Source of the DNA: an uncultured Candidatus Entotheonella sp.
GTDB taxonomy: Bacteria; Tectomicrobia; Entotheonellia; Entotheonellales; Entotheonellaceae
Assembly (NCBI GenBank): GCA_965215335.1
Contig: CBDCDA010000002.1
Span: forward strand, 768,001-832,000
Direction: 5' to 3'
DNA: 64,000 nt
A program made the position numbers and the translations under genes. The notes beneath the pieces are model-generated. The model saw only the letters and a program-made list of their open reading frames with translations. It made no database searches and was not told where the DNA came from. Positions 1 to 10,407 of this stretch are shown here, piece by piece (the stretch's first letter is position 1; every line of letters starts with the position of its first letter).

Positions 1-1576
1 CCTGCGTGGCTGTCAGACCCCGCTGGATGGCGCCACCAATAGCGTCCGGCGCCGTCACCTTCTCCGCGTATGCCCCCAACGCTGCCGCCACCTGCGCGTA
101 TTCGCCGCCGAGCTTGTTGCTGCCCCAGTGCTTGGCGGCATGCGGGAAGTGGTCGGCATAGTGGGTCATGACGCCGTTGTTGATGACGATGGTGAGGATG
201 CCGATGCGCGATCTGGCGGCGGTTTCCACATCCATCCCGGCCATGCCGAAGGCTGCGTCGCCCATGATGTTGATCACCGTCTTGCCGGGTGCCGCGAGCT
301 TGGCGCCCATCGCCAGGCCAAGGCCGTAGCCGAGCTGCGTCGACTTGCCCCAGCCGATATAGCCGCGCGGCGTCACCGGCTTCCAGAAGGGCACAAGCTG
401 TTCGCGGGGATAGCCCGAATCGTGCGTGATGATGGTGTTGGCCACGTCGACGTTGTTGGCGATTTCGTTGATTACCCGGTACGGGCTCATGGGCACCTCG
501 TCCGACACCAGCCGCGGTCCCCACTCCGCCATGAAGGCGTCCCGTGAGCGGTTGATGGCGTCCACCACGCCGTTCACATCCCCCCGGCCTTGCGCGCCGA
601 GTTGCCGCTTGGCCTCCTCGATCATCTGCTGCAGCACGATCTTCGCGTCGCCCACGGCGCCGTAGTCGATCCGGTAATCCTTGTTGAGGTCCTCGGCACA
701 ATTGGTGCACTGCGCCATGGTGACTCCACCGGGCATCGGGACGTTGAAGTGCGAAATGGCGAAGCTGGTGCCGATGCCCAGAATGAAATCGGTGACGCGC
801 AGGAAATCGCGGGCCATCATCGTGCCGGAAGAGGCCGCGGCGCCCAGGGCCAAGGGGTGGGTTTCGGGAAAGGCGCTCTTGCCGGCCAGGGTGGTGAAGA
901 CGGGCACGTGGGTCAGCTCGGCAAAGGCGACGAGTTCCGGCGTGGCCTCGGCGTACAGCACGCCCTGCCCGGCGTTGATTACCGGGTTCGACGCCTTGAG
1001 CAGCGCCGCGACCACATCGTGCACGTCCTCGGCGCTGGCGCCCGACTTGTGCACCTTGGGCGGCGTGTAGGTGAAGAAATCGCGGGGGATTTCGGTGCTG
1101 GCAACGTCGCCGGGGATTTCCAGCAGCACCGGTCCAAGGCGCCCGTGCCGCAGGTGGGTGAAGGCGCGCGACATCATCTCGGGGATGCGTTCGACCTGGT
1201 TGAACAGCCCGGCCCACTTGGTGACGCCCTGATAGTTGGGCACCGACTCGAAATTCGGATGCACGCCCGCGCGCGACGCGGGCTGGCCGCCGGGCAGCAG
1301 CAGGATGGGAACCGAATCGGCAAACGCCTGCGCGACGCCACTGAAGGCGTTCTCGGCGCCCGGTCCGGTCTGCATGGTGAAGACGCCGACCTTCTTGCCA
1401 TTGGTGACCCGGCTGTAGCCGTCCGCCATGTTCACGCCGGCCCGCTCCTGGCGGCACATGATGGGCCGAATGCCTTCCATGGAGGCCGCGTCGATCAAGC
1501 TCTGCGCCGGGAAGCAGGACAACCAGTCAACCCCCTCGGCTTTGAGTATCTGTGCAATAACCTGGTTCCCTTGCAT
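1..1576 (-). CDS. Thiamine pyrophosphate-dependent enzyme (acetolactate synthase large subunit-like); 3' end runs off the window
   Basis: Hand translation from ATG at 1576: MQGNQVIAQILKAEGVDWLSCFP...CRQERAGVNMADGYSR...GPGAENA; C-terminal MGDAAFGM...VIINN TPP-binding motif. Missing from the ORF track because it has no stop in the window. Confidence 0.9.
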   Translation of the reverse strand, partial: MQGNQVIAQILKAEGVDWLSCFPAQSLIDAASMEGIRPIMCRQERAGVNMADGYSRVTNGKKVGVFTMQTGPGAENAFSGVAQAFADSVPILLLPGGQPASRAGVHPNFESVPNYQGVTKWAGLFNQVERIPEMMSRAFTHLRHGRLGPVLLEIPGDVASTEIPRDFFTYTPPKVHKSGASAEDVHDVVAALLKASNPVINAGQGVLYAEATPELVAFAELTHVPVFTTLAGKSAFPETHPLALGAAASSGTMMARDFLRVTDFILGIGTSFAISHFNVPMPGGVTMAQCTNCAEDLNKDYRIDYGAVGDAKIVLQQMIEEAKRQLGAQGRGDVNGVVDAINRSRDAFMAEWGPRLVSDEVPMSPYRVINEIANNVDVANTIITHDSGYPREQLVPFWKPVTPRGYIGWGKSTQLGYGLGLAMGAKLAAPGKTVINIMGDAAFGMAGMDVETAARSRIGILTIVINNGVMTHYADHFPHAAKHWGSNKLGGEYAQVAAALGAYAEKVTAPDAIGGAIQRGLTATQ

Positions 1577-1673
1577 GCCTGCTCCTTTTTAGCGTGAAAT
1601 GGCGGCGTGTGGATTTGGAAGGTGTGAATCATAGCAAAATCGGGCATGCGGGGCATGCTCGCTACCGCACCGC

Positions 1674-2916
1674 CAGGGTAAGCGCATATGGCGGTCATCT
1701 GGTTAAGACCTGCAACAGATAGCTGTGATCCCAAGCGGCCCGTTTGCGTCGGGCCTTGACGCCCCGCTTGTGACTCGATTCCCGTCGTATCAGGTTCAGG
1801 GCGATGTGACGCAGCACCGACATCGTTTGAGCCCCAGCGTCTTGACGAATCCGACAGTCGTCCTCGCGAAAGCTCACGTCAAGCACCCAATGGAGCGAAT
1901 TCTCAACGCCCCAATGCTGCCGGACCGCTTGCGCAAAGCGCGCCGCATCACACTCAAGCGAGGTCAGAAAATAACGCCGCTCACAAGACACCACATCGCC
2001 CAGTTCCACCTGTGACTCGACCATGCCAATGCTGGCAATGTTGGCCCACGAACCCTTCACCCCCAAACACTCGATATCGCTCGTCAGCCAATAGCGGCGC
2101 GTCTCGATACGACCATGGTCGGCATCGACGCTCTGGTAATAATCGCAACTCACATCCGTCAACCCGCTCGTCGTCACAGCGTCGAAAAGGAGCTTGACCT
2201 CACCATGGAGCGTCGCATGGTTGTCTTTTGAGAGCCAAGACATAATCCGCCCCTTGCTCGGCGATGCTGCGGGCGATCTCCTTCTGGCATCCCATGGCGT
2301 CGATTGTCACCGTTGCCCCGTCCAACTCCAACAGCCCAGGCAAGTGGGGAAGGGCAGAGATTTCATTGGACTTGTCATCCACCTTGAGTTGACCCAAAAC
2401 GAGCCGCTTGGCACTGGCCCAGGCGCTGATCATGTGCACAGCACCCTTGGCCGCAGCACGGTCAAAAGAGCGCCGCAAGGTCTTGCCATCCATGGCGACA
2501 ATCTCTCCAGCGAGCGACCCGCGCAGGCTGTCCGTCCAGTTGATGAAGCACTGGGTGAGTTCTTCCGGCTCAAGCCGACAGAGCACGCGACGGAAGGTGT
2601 CGGGTGAGGGAATACCATGAGGCAGGTCGAGAAACTCTTGGAGCCAATCGGCCTGAGCCTGACCGTACTCCTCCATATCTTCCCAGCCCTCGGCGCCGCT
2701 GATAACGGCACATAGGGCAATCACGAAGATGTCAAACAAGGAGTGTCGGATGTTGGGGCCGCGCGGATCACTTGACCGAGGCAAAGTGATCCAGGAGTCG
2801 AGACGATGCGAGTTTTTCCATGCCCAGTTCTTTCTCCAGGTTGAGTGTCCTGACACGCGATGACTCTGCATAACCTGAATCAGAACGCTGGGCAATCCTC
2901 ATATGCGCTTACCCTG
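1674..2916 (-). mobile_element. ISAs1-family insertion sequence with frameshifted transposase
   Basis: Perfect 17-bp terminal IRs (CAGGGTAAGCGCATATG, 1674-1690 / 2900-2916) and 11-bp target duplication TACCGCACCGC (1663-1673 / 2917-2927). ISAs1 motifs DGKTLR, SNEI, DAMGCQ, HGRIETR, HWGVENSLHW. ATG at ~2821; frameshifts at ~2772 and ~2228. Confidence 0.95.
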
Positions 2917-3002
2917 TACCGCACCGCATTTGCTTTTGCCTGCTGGCGCTTCCTGTGACAACATGGGTCTTTCGCACCCCGGCGGCAAGACGAGGAGACA
3001 AC

Positions 3003-3815
3003 ATGAGCGACCAGGAAATCGTGGACAAATTGGAACGCGTGTGGGGTTCGATGGCGGCGCTGTGTGAGCCGTTCAGCGAGCGGGAGTGGAAGCTCGCCAC
3101 CGACTGCCCGAAGTGGTCGGTGCAGGATCACGTGGCGCACGTCGTCGGCACCGAGTCGCGGCTGGCTGGCCGTCCGGTGCCGGATCACGTGCCGCAGGAC
3201 ACGGCGCACGTCAAGAACGACATCGGCAGGGGCAACGAGGTGTGGGTGGACTTCCTGCGCCCGCGCTCCGGCGCGGATGTGCTGGAGGCGTTTCGCGAGG
3301 TGACGGCAGCGCGCCTGCAGCGGCTGCGCACCATGAACACCGGCGACTTTTCGGAACCCACGCAGACACCGGTCGGGCCCGGCACGGTGCGCGATTTCAT
3401 GGTCATTCGCATCTTAGATTGCTGGGTGCATGAGCAGGACGTACGTCGCGCCGTCGGACGCCCCGGCCACATGACGGGCCCCGTGGTGGTGCATTCCATG
3501 GATCGCATGGCCAGGGCGATACCCTTCGTAGTCGGCAAGAAGGCCGCCGCTCCCGACGGCACGACGGTCATTTTCGAGATCACCGGAGCAGCCGGCCGCA
3601 CCCTGCCGATCGGCGTTGATGGCGGGCGCGCCGACTTCCTCGACGCGCCCCCGGTCAGTCCGAACGTGCGCCTCACCATGGACGTGGAAACGTTTGCCTG
3701 CTTGGGGAACGGGCGCTGGGAGGGTAGCCGGGCGCTGGCGTCGAACAGGGTGCGCATCGATGGGGACCGGGCGCTTGGGGAGACTATCGTCGCACGCATG
3801 AATTTCATGGTGTGA
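3003..3815 (+). CDS. Maleylpyruvate isomerase family (MDMPI/DinB-like) protein with C-terminal SCP2-like domain
   Basis: TDCPKWSVQDHVAHV and RILDCWVHEQDVRRAVG motifs; AGGAG RBS before ATG 3003. Confidence 0.85.
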   Translation: MSDQEIVDKLERVWGSMAALCEPFSEREWKLATDCPKWSVQDHVAHVVGTESRLAGRPVPDHVPQDTAHVKNDIGRGNEVWVDFLRPRSGADVLEAFREVTAARLQRLRTMNTGDFSEPTQTPVGPGTVRDFMVIRILDCWVHEQDVRRAVGRPGHMTGPVVVHSMDRMARAIPFVVGKKAAAPDGTTVIFEITGAAGRTLPIGVDGGRADFLDAPPVSPNVRLTMDVETFACLGNGRWEGSRALASNRVRIDGDRALGETIVARMNFMV

Positions 3816-3879
3816 AGATCTCCGGCACGTGGCGAGCACGGATGTCGCTGTGCGGGTGCGCCACTCCCCGCAGAGGTGC

Positions 3880-4457
3880 TCATAGCCACGTGAACTTGAC
3901 TGCGGAGAGCAGTGCCACGGCAACCAGCGTCGGTGAACACTTGCTCCGGCGTCCTTGCGATTATCTTGATCACCACGTAGGTCAGAAAGCCCAGCCCGAT
4001 GCCATCGGCGATGGCCAGCTTCTGTCCCCGCGGGACGGCCTCGATGATCCAGCGCCACACTGTCAGGACGTTCAATGTTCAAAATGAGGAAGAGCACGCC
4101 GGAGATGAAAACCGCGCCGAGCGCGACTTGCCAGCTGTGACCCATGCCGAGGACGATGCCGTAGGAGAAGAACGCGTTGAGCCCCATGCTCGGCGCCAAG
4201 GCGATTGTGGGTAAGTCGGCATACAGCCCCATCAGCAGCGTGCTGAGCGCCGCCGCGCTGCAGGTGGCCACCGAACGCCGCGTCGAACGACATGCCGGCG
4301 TCGGAGAGGATCTGCGGGTTCACGAAGGCGATGTAGGCCATCGTCAAGAACGTCGTCGTGCCTGCCGTCACCTCCGTCCGAACGTTGGTGCCACGCCGCG
4401 CCAAGTCGAAATAGCGTTCAAAGGGCCGCTTTCATTGGATTCCTCGCTGCTTTCCAT
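3880..4457 (-). pseudogene. NCS2/AzgA-type purine permease remnant (frameshifts plus large internal deletion)
   Basis: Fragments in three frames: RTEVTAGTTTFLTMAYIAFVNPQIL, ALAPSMGLNAFFSY, WQVALGAVFISG. These are joined directly to the C-terminal IADGIGLGFLTYVVIK. Confidence 0.85.
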
Positions 4458-4513
4458 GAGGCTGGTTCTGCCGCTTTCAGCTTTGGCGGGGCGGGACCCG
4501 TGGCTTCCGAAGA

Positions 4514-4735
4514 CTAGGAATCAGCGCCGCTGCCTTCGTGTCCCATTTGACTGATGAGGTTTTGTACCCGGGTCGGCACGCCCACGTTATCCCATAACGC
4601 AAGAGCGAGGGCAGCTCTTGCCGCGTCGCCGCCGTTGCCTTGCGCCATCCGCTCCAGGGTCTTTCGCAGGCGTTCTCCAGCAGTCGCTGGTTTGATCGCC
4701 GTCTCGTTCTCTGTTTCGTTCGCTTCGTCGATCAC
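4514..4735 (-). CDS. Small hypothetical protein (73 aa)
   Basis: GTG start preceded by AGGAGG; natural-looking composition; no recognisable motif. Confidence 0.45.
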   Translation of the reverse strand: MIDEANETENETAIKPATAGERLRKTLERMAQGNGGDAARAALALALWDNVGVPTRVQNLISQMGHEGSGADS

Positions 4736-4938
4736 CGTCTTGGCCTCCTATGCCTGTCGAAAATTGCAGCCTTGCTTAACGTAACGCTGCCCTATTGCTC
4801 TCGCCGCGGTCTTGGAAAGTCACCAAGTCCTTTCGCGATCGAGATGCATTTAGCCGTGCTGATTCTTCCAGGGCCGTTGCAGGGCAAAAGGGGTCTCCGA
4901 CTCCGTCGTGAGGCTGCAAGAGGTGCCCGCAGCCCGGA

Positions 4939-7368
4939 TCACCGCGACCGGTAAGCGGCGCTGATGTGTAACTGGCGGCGTGTTTTGGCCCAGTTCTGGC
5001 GGATTTGCTCCTGCAGCCACAGGAATTCCGCGTGCGACACCGCGAGCGCCTTGTTCAGGGCGGCGTCCGGCGTTTCGAGCTCTGCCACCTCCCGGCGCCG
5101 GCGGGTGACTTCCCGGGCTTTGTCCTTCGCCTGCTGCACCAAGCGCCGCAGCGCTCGTACGGCGCCCACGGCTGGCACTCTCAGCCGCTTGCTGTCGTCC
5201 TCAATGGCGTCAACGACGGTCTCCGAAACCCCCGCCCCTAATTCGGGCTGCAGGTCGGCCTCGTGCCACAGCTCGAATAACGCCCGTATATACTCATCCT
5301 CCGAGCCGTTCTGATAGACCGCGAGGCGATCGCGCTCCGCGCGCAAGAGATCGGCCAGATGCAAGGATAATTCGGAAGGCGCCAACCGCAACCGTGCTTC
5401 GGCTTTGGCTATCAAATGGACAATTTCAAACCGCATGGCGCCCTTGGCCGAGCGACCGGTAAGATTCCCCGAAGCGGTGTCGACGAACTCCCCACCATCC
5501 GCGAAGGTGGGCTCCAAGGCTTGAGCCAGCTTGATGTATAGGCGAACGCGCTCCCTGATCTCGTCCGCCGTGTATATTTCCGGCTTGTAGTTCTCCCTAA
5601 TGGCTCGGGCAACAAACTGCAGATCAAATGCCAGGTGTCTCAGAATGCGTTCGCGGGCCTCCGGTTTCCAATTGCCCTGCGTATCGTCCACCAAGCCTGT
5701 CATCGCCAGACGATACGTTTCCAGCCATTGACTGTGCGCTTCCAGCGCTGCCAGGGAGCCGCCATCGGCAGGCCCGCGGTTCCCCACCTCGGGTTGTGCC
5801 GCCAGCCGGGATTCCACGTGTTCCCTAGTGAAACGGGCAAAATCCCGGGTGTCGAAATGCTGTTGCTCGAACCGCAACAGCGCTTGGTAGCGAGAATTGT
5901 CGTCCACCCGGCCCGCGAGGGTTTGCAGCGTCTGCTCGTACGCGGTGAGTCGTGCATGCTTCTGGAAGGGGTCGACCGGCGCGTCGAGGCTGGCCTCGGT
6001 TTGTTGCCGCAATGCCGTTGCGACGCGCGCCGCGCCAGGCGTGGAAAAGCTCAGGAGCCGGTGCCAGGTACCGCGAAAGGCCTGCAGCCGTTGCGGGTAG
6101 GAACGTTCGGCAAAGCGGCGGAAGGATTGCGGCAGGCGGGCGGCTTCACCCTGAAGCCGCTGCAGGTCCCTGGCGACCTGCTCAAGTCCGGCTTGTAAGT
6201 CCGCCTCGAGGGGCTTCATGGCCTCACGCACCTGCGTTCGCGCGCTGGCTGCAGCGTCCGCAAACGGCTGCCGCTGCACCACAGTACCGTCAAACAGCGT
6301 CTCGGCCTGTGCCGTCGACAGCGCCTTCAGTGGCTCATGCCACACGTCCACGAGCGACCCGACCAGAGGCGCCAGGGGGTAGCCGTGGCCGACCTCGAGT
6401 GCGGCTGCGAGGTCCCGCTTGCCGCCAGCGGTATAGACGATGTCGAATGTCTTGGCGACCGCGTCGTGCAGGTCGGAGGGTTCTTCCTTGGGCCGGGACA
6501 GCCTGTAATTCCGCAGGTCCGTGCTGGCTTCGTAGAGGCGCAGCGCCGACCAGACGGAGCGACCAGCGTCGGGAAGGATGGCTCTGGCGGGTTTGCGGTC
6601 CCAGTGCATCTCGCCGATTGTATTCCGGATGCCCCGCCAGGTGTTGGCGAAGTCCGATTCGAGGGTGTCGCCCCCAAAGGGCCGCTCGGCGGCCTGCAGC
6701 AAGTCCCTGTACGGCTCGATCTCTTTCTGGGCGGCGTGCAGGCTGGCTCGCACGGCATCGAGTTGCACTTGGATCGACGCCACATCCAAGGCTTCGATGA
6801 GCGCTTCCTTGACGATGTCCCGAGCTGCGTCTGTGATGCCTCTCTTGTAGTCCGATGCCTTGCGCTCAATGTCGTCGACGTGGGCTTTGAGGCGCGTCAC
6901 CCTGGCGTCAATATCCCGCACTGCGCCGCGACCCAGAAGGGTGCCCGATACGATGATGGCGACAGTCACGTAGACGGCGCCGGCGCCGGTTGCGGCTCCC
7001 TTGCCGATGCCGAGGAATGGGGTGCCGGGCCTGACGCACAACAGCGCCGCGAGGGCGATCAGGACGATCACGAGGGCAAGGGCGTTCTGGCCCTGCAAGG
7101 CCGCCTGCAGCAGGGGAGGGGCCTGCACCCTGGCGATGGCGGCCTCGATCTGGCCGATTGTCGTGCTGGTTCTCACGATGTCCGCCGTGGCTCCGAGCCA
7201 GTAGTGGTGTAGCGAGAACAGCAGCGCCACCAGAAAAACCGGGGCGAGGAACAGCAGCGCGCGGCGCACAACGCGGGCGATGAGCGATTCAGCACCCCGG
7301 GTTATGTAGAAGCCAATCAGCAGGGCGGCGAGCACGACGCCGCAGGCAATCGTCAGTTCGTATGCCAT
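4939..7368 (-). CDS. Large hypothetical membrane protein (~4 N-terminal TM helices plus long helical/coiled-coil region)
   Basis: 809-aa ORF from ATG 7368 with GAGGA RBS; hydrophobic segments in the first ~150 aa, then a charged helical sequence. Confidence 0.7.
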   Translation of the reverse strand: MAYELTIACGVVLAALLIGFYITRGAESLIARVVRRALLFLAPVFLVALLFSLHHYWLGATADIVRTSTTIGQIEAAIARVQAPPLLQAALQGQNALALVIVLIALAALLCVRPGTPFLGIGKGAATGAGAVYVTVAIIVSGTLLGRGAVRDIDARVTRLKAHVDDIERKASDYKRGITDAARDIVKEALIEALDVASIQVQLDAVRASLHAAQKEIEPYRDLLQAAERPFGGDTLESDFANTWRGIRNTIGEMHWDRKPARAILPDAGRSVWSALRLYEASTDLRNYRLSRPKEEPSDLHDAVAKTFDIVYTAGGKRDLAAALEVGHGYPLAPLVGSLVDVWHEPLKALSTAQAETLFDGTVVQRQPFADAAASARTQVREAMKPLEADLQAGLEQVARDLQRLQGEAARLPQSFRRFAERSYPQRLQAFRGTWHRLLSFSTPGAARVATALRQQTEASLDAPVDPFQKHARLTAYEQTLQTLAGRVDDNSRYQALLRFEQQHFDTRDFARFTREHVESRLAAQPEVGNRGPADGGSLAALEAHSQWLETYRLAMTGLVDDTQGNWKPEARERILRHLAFDLQFVARAIRENYKPEIYTADEIRERVRLYIKLAQALEPTFADGGEFVDTASGNLTGRSAKGAMRFEIVHLIAKAEARLRLAPSELSLHLADLLRAERDRLAVYQNGSEDEYIRALFELWHEADLQPELGAGVSETVVDAIEDDSKRLRVPAVGAVRALRRLVQQAKDKAREVTRRRREVAELETPDAALNKALAVSHAEFLWLQEQIRQNWAKTRRQLHISAAYRSR

Positions 7369-7519
7369 GGCTTGTCCTCTAATCGAGTGCCGGACGACGC
7401 TTCTGGCGCCTCCGACGATCTGTGCAGATGCAGACACGTTTACGACCGGAATGACCGACACAAGCCCCGCTATTCATAATTCAAGCCGTACACGTCTTGG
7501 CCGATTCGTCAGACCCTCC

Positions 7520-8740
7520 TTAATCTACCAACGCGGCATAGATGAGGGTGCGTAGCTCGCGGCGGATGGGGTAAGACGACGACGGCATTACCTGCGTCAT
7601 GAAGATGACGATGAGATCCTCGACGGGGTCTACCCAGAACGCCGTGCTGGCCGCGCCGCCCCAGGCGAATTCGCCCGGCGTACCGAGTATCTGCGCCCGC
7701 GTCGGATCCAGCATGACGGAGAATCCCAGGCCGAAGCCTACTCCGGCGTAGGCGGTTTCGGTGAACATGCCGGCCTGCGCCCGCGCCGTCAGGTCCTGCC
7801 CGCCTGGCAGGTGGTTCGTGGTCATCAGATCCACGGTCTTGCGGCTCAGCAGCCGGATGCCGTCCAACGCGCCGCGATTGTACAGCATGAGCGTAAAACG
7901 CAGATAATCCAGGGCCGTGGAGACCAGCCCGCCGCCACCCGACAGGAAGTTGCCGCGGCGAAACTCGCTGGTCTCCGGGGCATCGGCGATCCGCAGGCTC
8001 CCGTCGCGCTGCCGTTCGTAATTGCAGGCAAAGCGCTCAAGCTGCTCGTCGGCCACGGTGAAGCCCGTGTCAGTCATGCCCAGCGGCTGGAAAATGTGCT
8101 CCCGCAGGTAGGCATCGAACCGCTGGCCGGAAATCACCTCGACCAGGTACCCTGCCACGTCCGTAGCGACCGAGTAGTTCCAGCGCGTGCCGGGCGAGAA
8201 TTCCAGCGGCAACTCCGCCAGGGTGTCCACCATGTCCTGGAGGGTGTAGTCGGGGCGGCTTCTGTCGGCGATGCGCAGGATGCGGTAGGCGGCGTCGACG
8301 TTGGTGCGCTCCATGAAGCCGTAGGTCAGGCCGGAGGTATGGCTGAGCAGGTCACGGACGGTCATGGGCCGGGCCACCGGCGCCGTGAGAAAGGTTGGAA
8401 AGTTGCCGCCGACGAATACCCGCAGGCCCTCCCAGGCGGGAATGAAGCGCTGCACGGGGTCGTCGAGCTGGCACAGACCCTGTTCAAGCAGCATCATGAG
8501 GGCCACGGTGGCGATGGGCTTGCTCATCGAATAGATGCGAAAGACGGCGTCGTGCTGCATGGGCCGCCGCCGTTCGATCTCGAGATGACCTTGCGGCTCG
8601 AAGAAGGCGATCTCGCCGTGGCGGGCCACCAGCGTCAGGGTGCCGGCGAGCCTGCCGTCGTCGATGTAACGCTGAAAGTGGCCGCGAATGCGGTCGAGAC
8701 GGACAGATGAGAGGCCAACTTCCTCCGGCTTGACGGTCAT
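7520..8740 (-). CDS. Serine hydrolase, beta-lactamase class C/esterase family
   Basis: FRIYSMSKP (SxxK), LLSHTSGL, WNYS, WGGAAST motifs; AGGAG RBS. Confidence 0.9.
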   Translation of the reverse strand: MTVKPEEVGLSSVRLDRIRGHFQRYIDDGRLAGTLTLVARHGEIAFFEPQGHLEIERRRPMQHDAVFRIYSMSKPIATVALMMLLEQGLCQLDDPVQRFIPAWEGLRVFVGGNFPTFLTAPVARPMTVRDLLSHTSGLTYGFMERTNVDAAYRILRIADRSRPDYTLQDMVDTLAELPLEFSPGTRWNYSVATDVAGYLVEVISGQRFDAYLREHIFQPLGMTDTGFTVADEQLERFACNYERQRDGSLRIADAPETSEFRRGNFLSGGGGLVSTALDYLRFTLMLYNRGALDGIRLLSRKTVDLMTTNHLPGGQDLTARAQAGMFTETAYAGVGFGLGFSVMLDPTRAQILGTPGEFAWGGAASTAFWVDPVEDLIVIFMTQVMPSSSYPIRRELRTLIYAALVD

Positions 8741-8874
8741 CGGTTCTCCTTCGGACTGGCCGGTGGTGTGCGGGCCGCACCGGCGGGTTTCGGGGCTTGT
8801 GGCGAGCAGCCAAATGTGTTCTGATCGAGCCGCGTTGCAGGCGGTCAAATCACTGCATGGAAAGGACTTCGGTC

Positions 8875-9183
8875 ATGATCGAAACAGGGTATAACGGTTG
8901 GCGCAACTATACCACATGGGCGGTGCATACGTGGCTTTCCGCTGACGACGAGCACTTGGCAACGGTGCGCGAGATCGCCGCGGCGCGGGCGCCGGAGGAG
9001 CGGCTCAGCGAATGGGTCGAGGAGCATGTGTGGGAGGGGCTTCTGGGCGTGAACGAAAACGACGTGCCGGAATGCCTCGGCGCTGATTTGCTGGCCTGGG
9101 CCCTCGGACGGGTGGATTGGCAGGAGCTTGTCACGGCGTTCAAGGCGTCGGCAGAAGAGGCAGAGCCGGAAGGCGTGGCGTAA
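8875..9183 (+). CDS. Small acidic hypothetical protein, phage-like N-terminal motif
   Basis: YNGWRNYTTWAVHTWL N-terminus and VDWQELV C-terminus; AAGGA RBS. Confidence 0.65.
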   Translation: MIETGYNGWRNYTTWAVHTWLSADDEHLATVREIAAARAPEERLSEWVEEHVWEGLLGVNENDVPECLGADLLAWALGRVDWQELVTAFKASAEEAEPEGVA

Positions 9184-9236
9184 GCGGGCCCGCAGATCGG
9201 ATTGGTGGCAGGGGCCCCTTGATTTTGCCAAGTCCC

Positions 9237-9262
9237 GTCACCCCGGCGGAGCCGGGGTCCAG
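9237..9262. repeat. REP-like palindrome
   Basis: GTCA-CCCCGGC-GGA-GCCGGGG-TCCAG between convergent genes; a related copy lies at 25362-25389. Confidence 0.55.
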
Positions 9263-9276
9263 AATTCTTGTCGGGC

Positions 9277-10314
9277 TCAGAAATCGACCAGTTCCACGTC
9301 GAACACCAGCGTGGCCCGCGGCGGGATGACCGGCGGATGACCCCGTTCCCCGTAGGCAAGGTGGCTGGGAATGATCAGGATGCGCCTCTCCCCCTTCTGC
9401 ATGTCGAGCAGCGCCTCGTCCCATCCCTTGATGACACGCCCCATTCCGACCTCGAAGGCAAACGGCTCGCCGCGTTGCACCGAGCTGTCGAAGACCCTGC
9501 CGCTCAGAAATTTGCCCGTGTAGTGTGCCTGGATGCGCGTGCCGGGTTGCGGCTTGGGGCCGTCGCCCGCCTCAACGATGATGTACATGAGACCCGAAGC
9601 GGTGGTCTGCAGCTTGCCGGGGTGCGCCGCTTCCAGCGTCGCCATGGTGTCGTCATATTCCTTCCTGACGCTGGCCTCTTGGGCGGCGGCGATTTCGGCG
9701 ACCATGCCGTCGAACGTCGCCTGATTGGCCTTGAACGCCTTGGCCGCGTCGCCCACCCGCACGATCGTCACCTGCTCCAGCTTGTCGCCTTGTTCGATGG
9801 CATCGACGACGTCCTGCCCCTGAATGACCCGTCCGAACACCGTGTGCTTGCCGTCCAGCCACGGCGTCGCCTTGTGGGTGATGAAGAACTGGCTGCCGTT
9901 CGTATTGGGGCCGGCGTTCGCCATGGACAGCACGCCCGGGCCGTCGTGCCGCAGGCCGGGGTAAATCTCGTCGGGGAAGCGATAGCCGGGACCACCGCGC
10001 CCACTGCCTTCCGGGTCACCGCCTTGGATCATGAAATTGGCGATGACGCGGTGAAACGTCAGGCCATCGTAAAACGGTATTCCCGCCGGTTTGTTGGAAT
10101 CCTTGGTGCCTTCCGACAAACCGACGAAATTCACCACCGTCAGGGGTGTCGCCTCGAATGTCAGACGCAGCACGATCAGGCCCTTCGAGGTGTACATCTC
10201 GGCGTACAGGCCGTCGGAATAGGCGTCTGCGGCGCTGGCGGATGCGACAAGGCCGGCAACCAGGACGGACGTTAAGGCTGCGATCCGGATGAACTTCCAG
10301 GGGAATGCGGTCAT
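9277..10314 (-). CDS. Peptidyl-prolyl isomerase, cyclophilin-FKBP fusion with signal peptide
   Basis: Cyclophilin motifs [43 protein letters not shown], then FKBP motifs [35 protein letters not shown]. Confidence 0.95.
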   Translation of the reverse strand: MTAFPWKFIRIAALTSVLVAGLVASASAADAYSDGLYAEMYTSKGLIVLRLTFEATPLTVVNFVGLSEGTKDSNKPAGIPFYDGLTFHRVIANFMIQGGDPEGSGRGGPGYRFPDEIYPGLRHDGPGVLSMANAGPNTNGSQFFITHKATPWLDGKHTVFGRVIQGQDVVDAIEQGDKLEQVTIVRVGDAAKAFKANQATFDGMVAEIAAAQEASVRKEYDDTMATLEAAHPGKLQTTASGLMYIIVEAGDGPKPQPGTRIQAHYTGKFLSGRVFDSSVQRGEPFAFEVGMGRVIKGWDEALLDMQKGERRILIIPSHLAYGERGHPPVIPPRATLVFDVELVDF

Positions 10315-10407
10315 GGGAATACCTTCTTGATATGGGGTGTGGGTGCTGTCGAAATGGCAAGCAAGTACCAGAATAGCCGCAGACTGCTGGTGGCACAAAC
10401 AGTCGTG

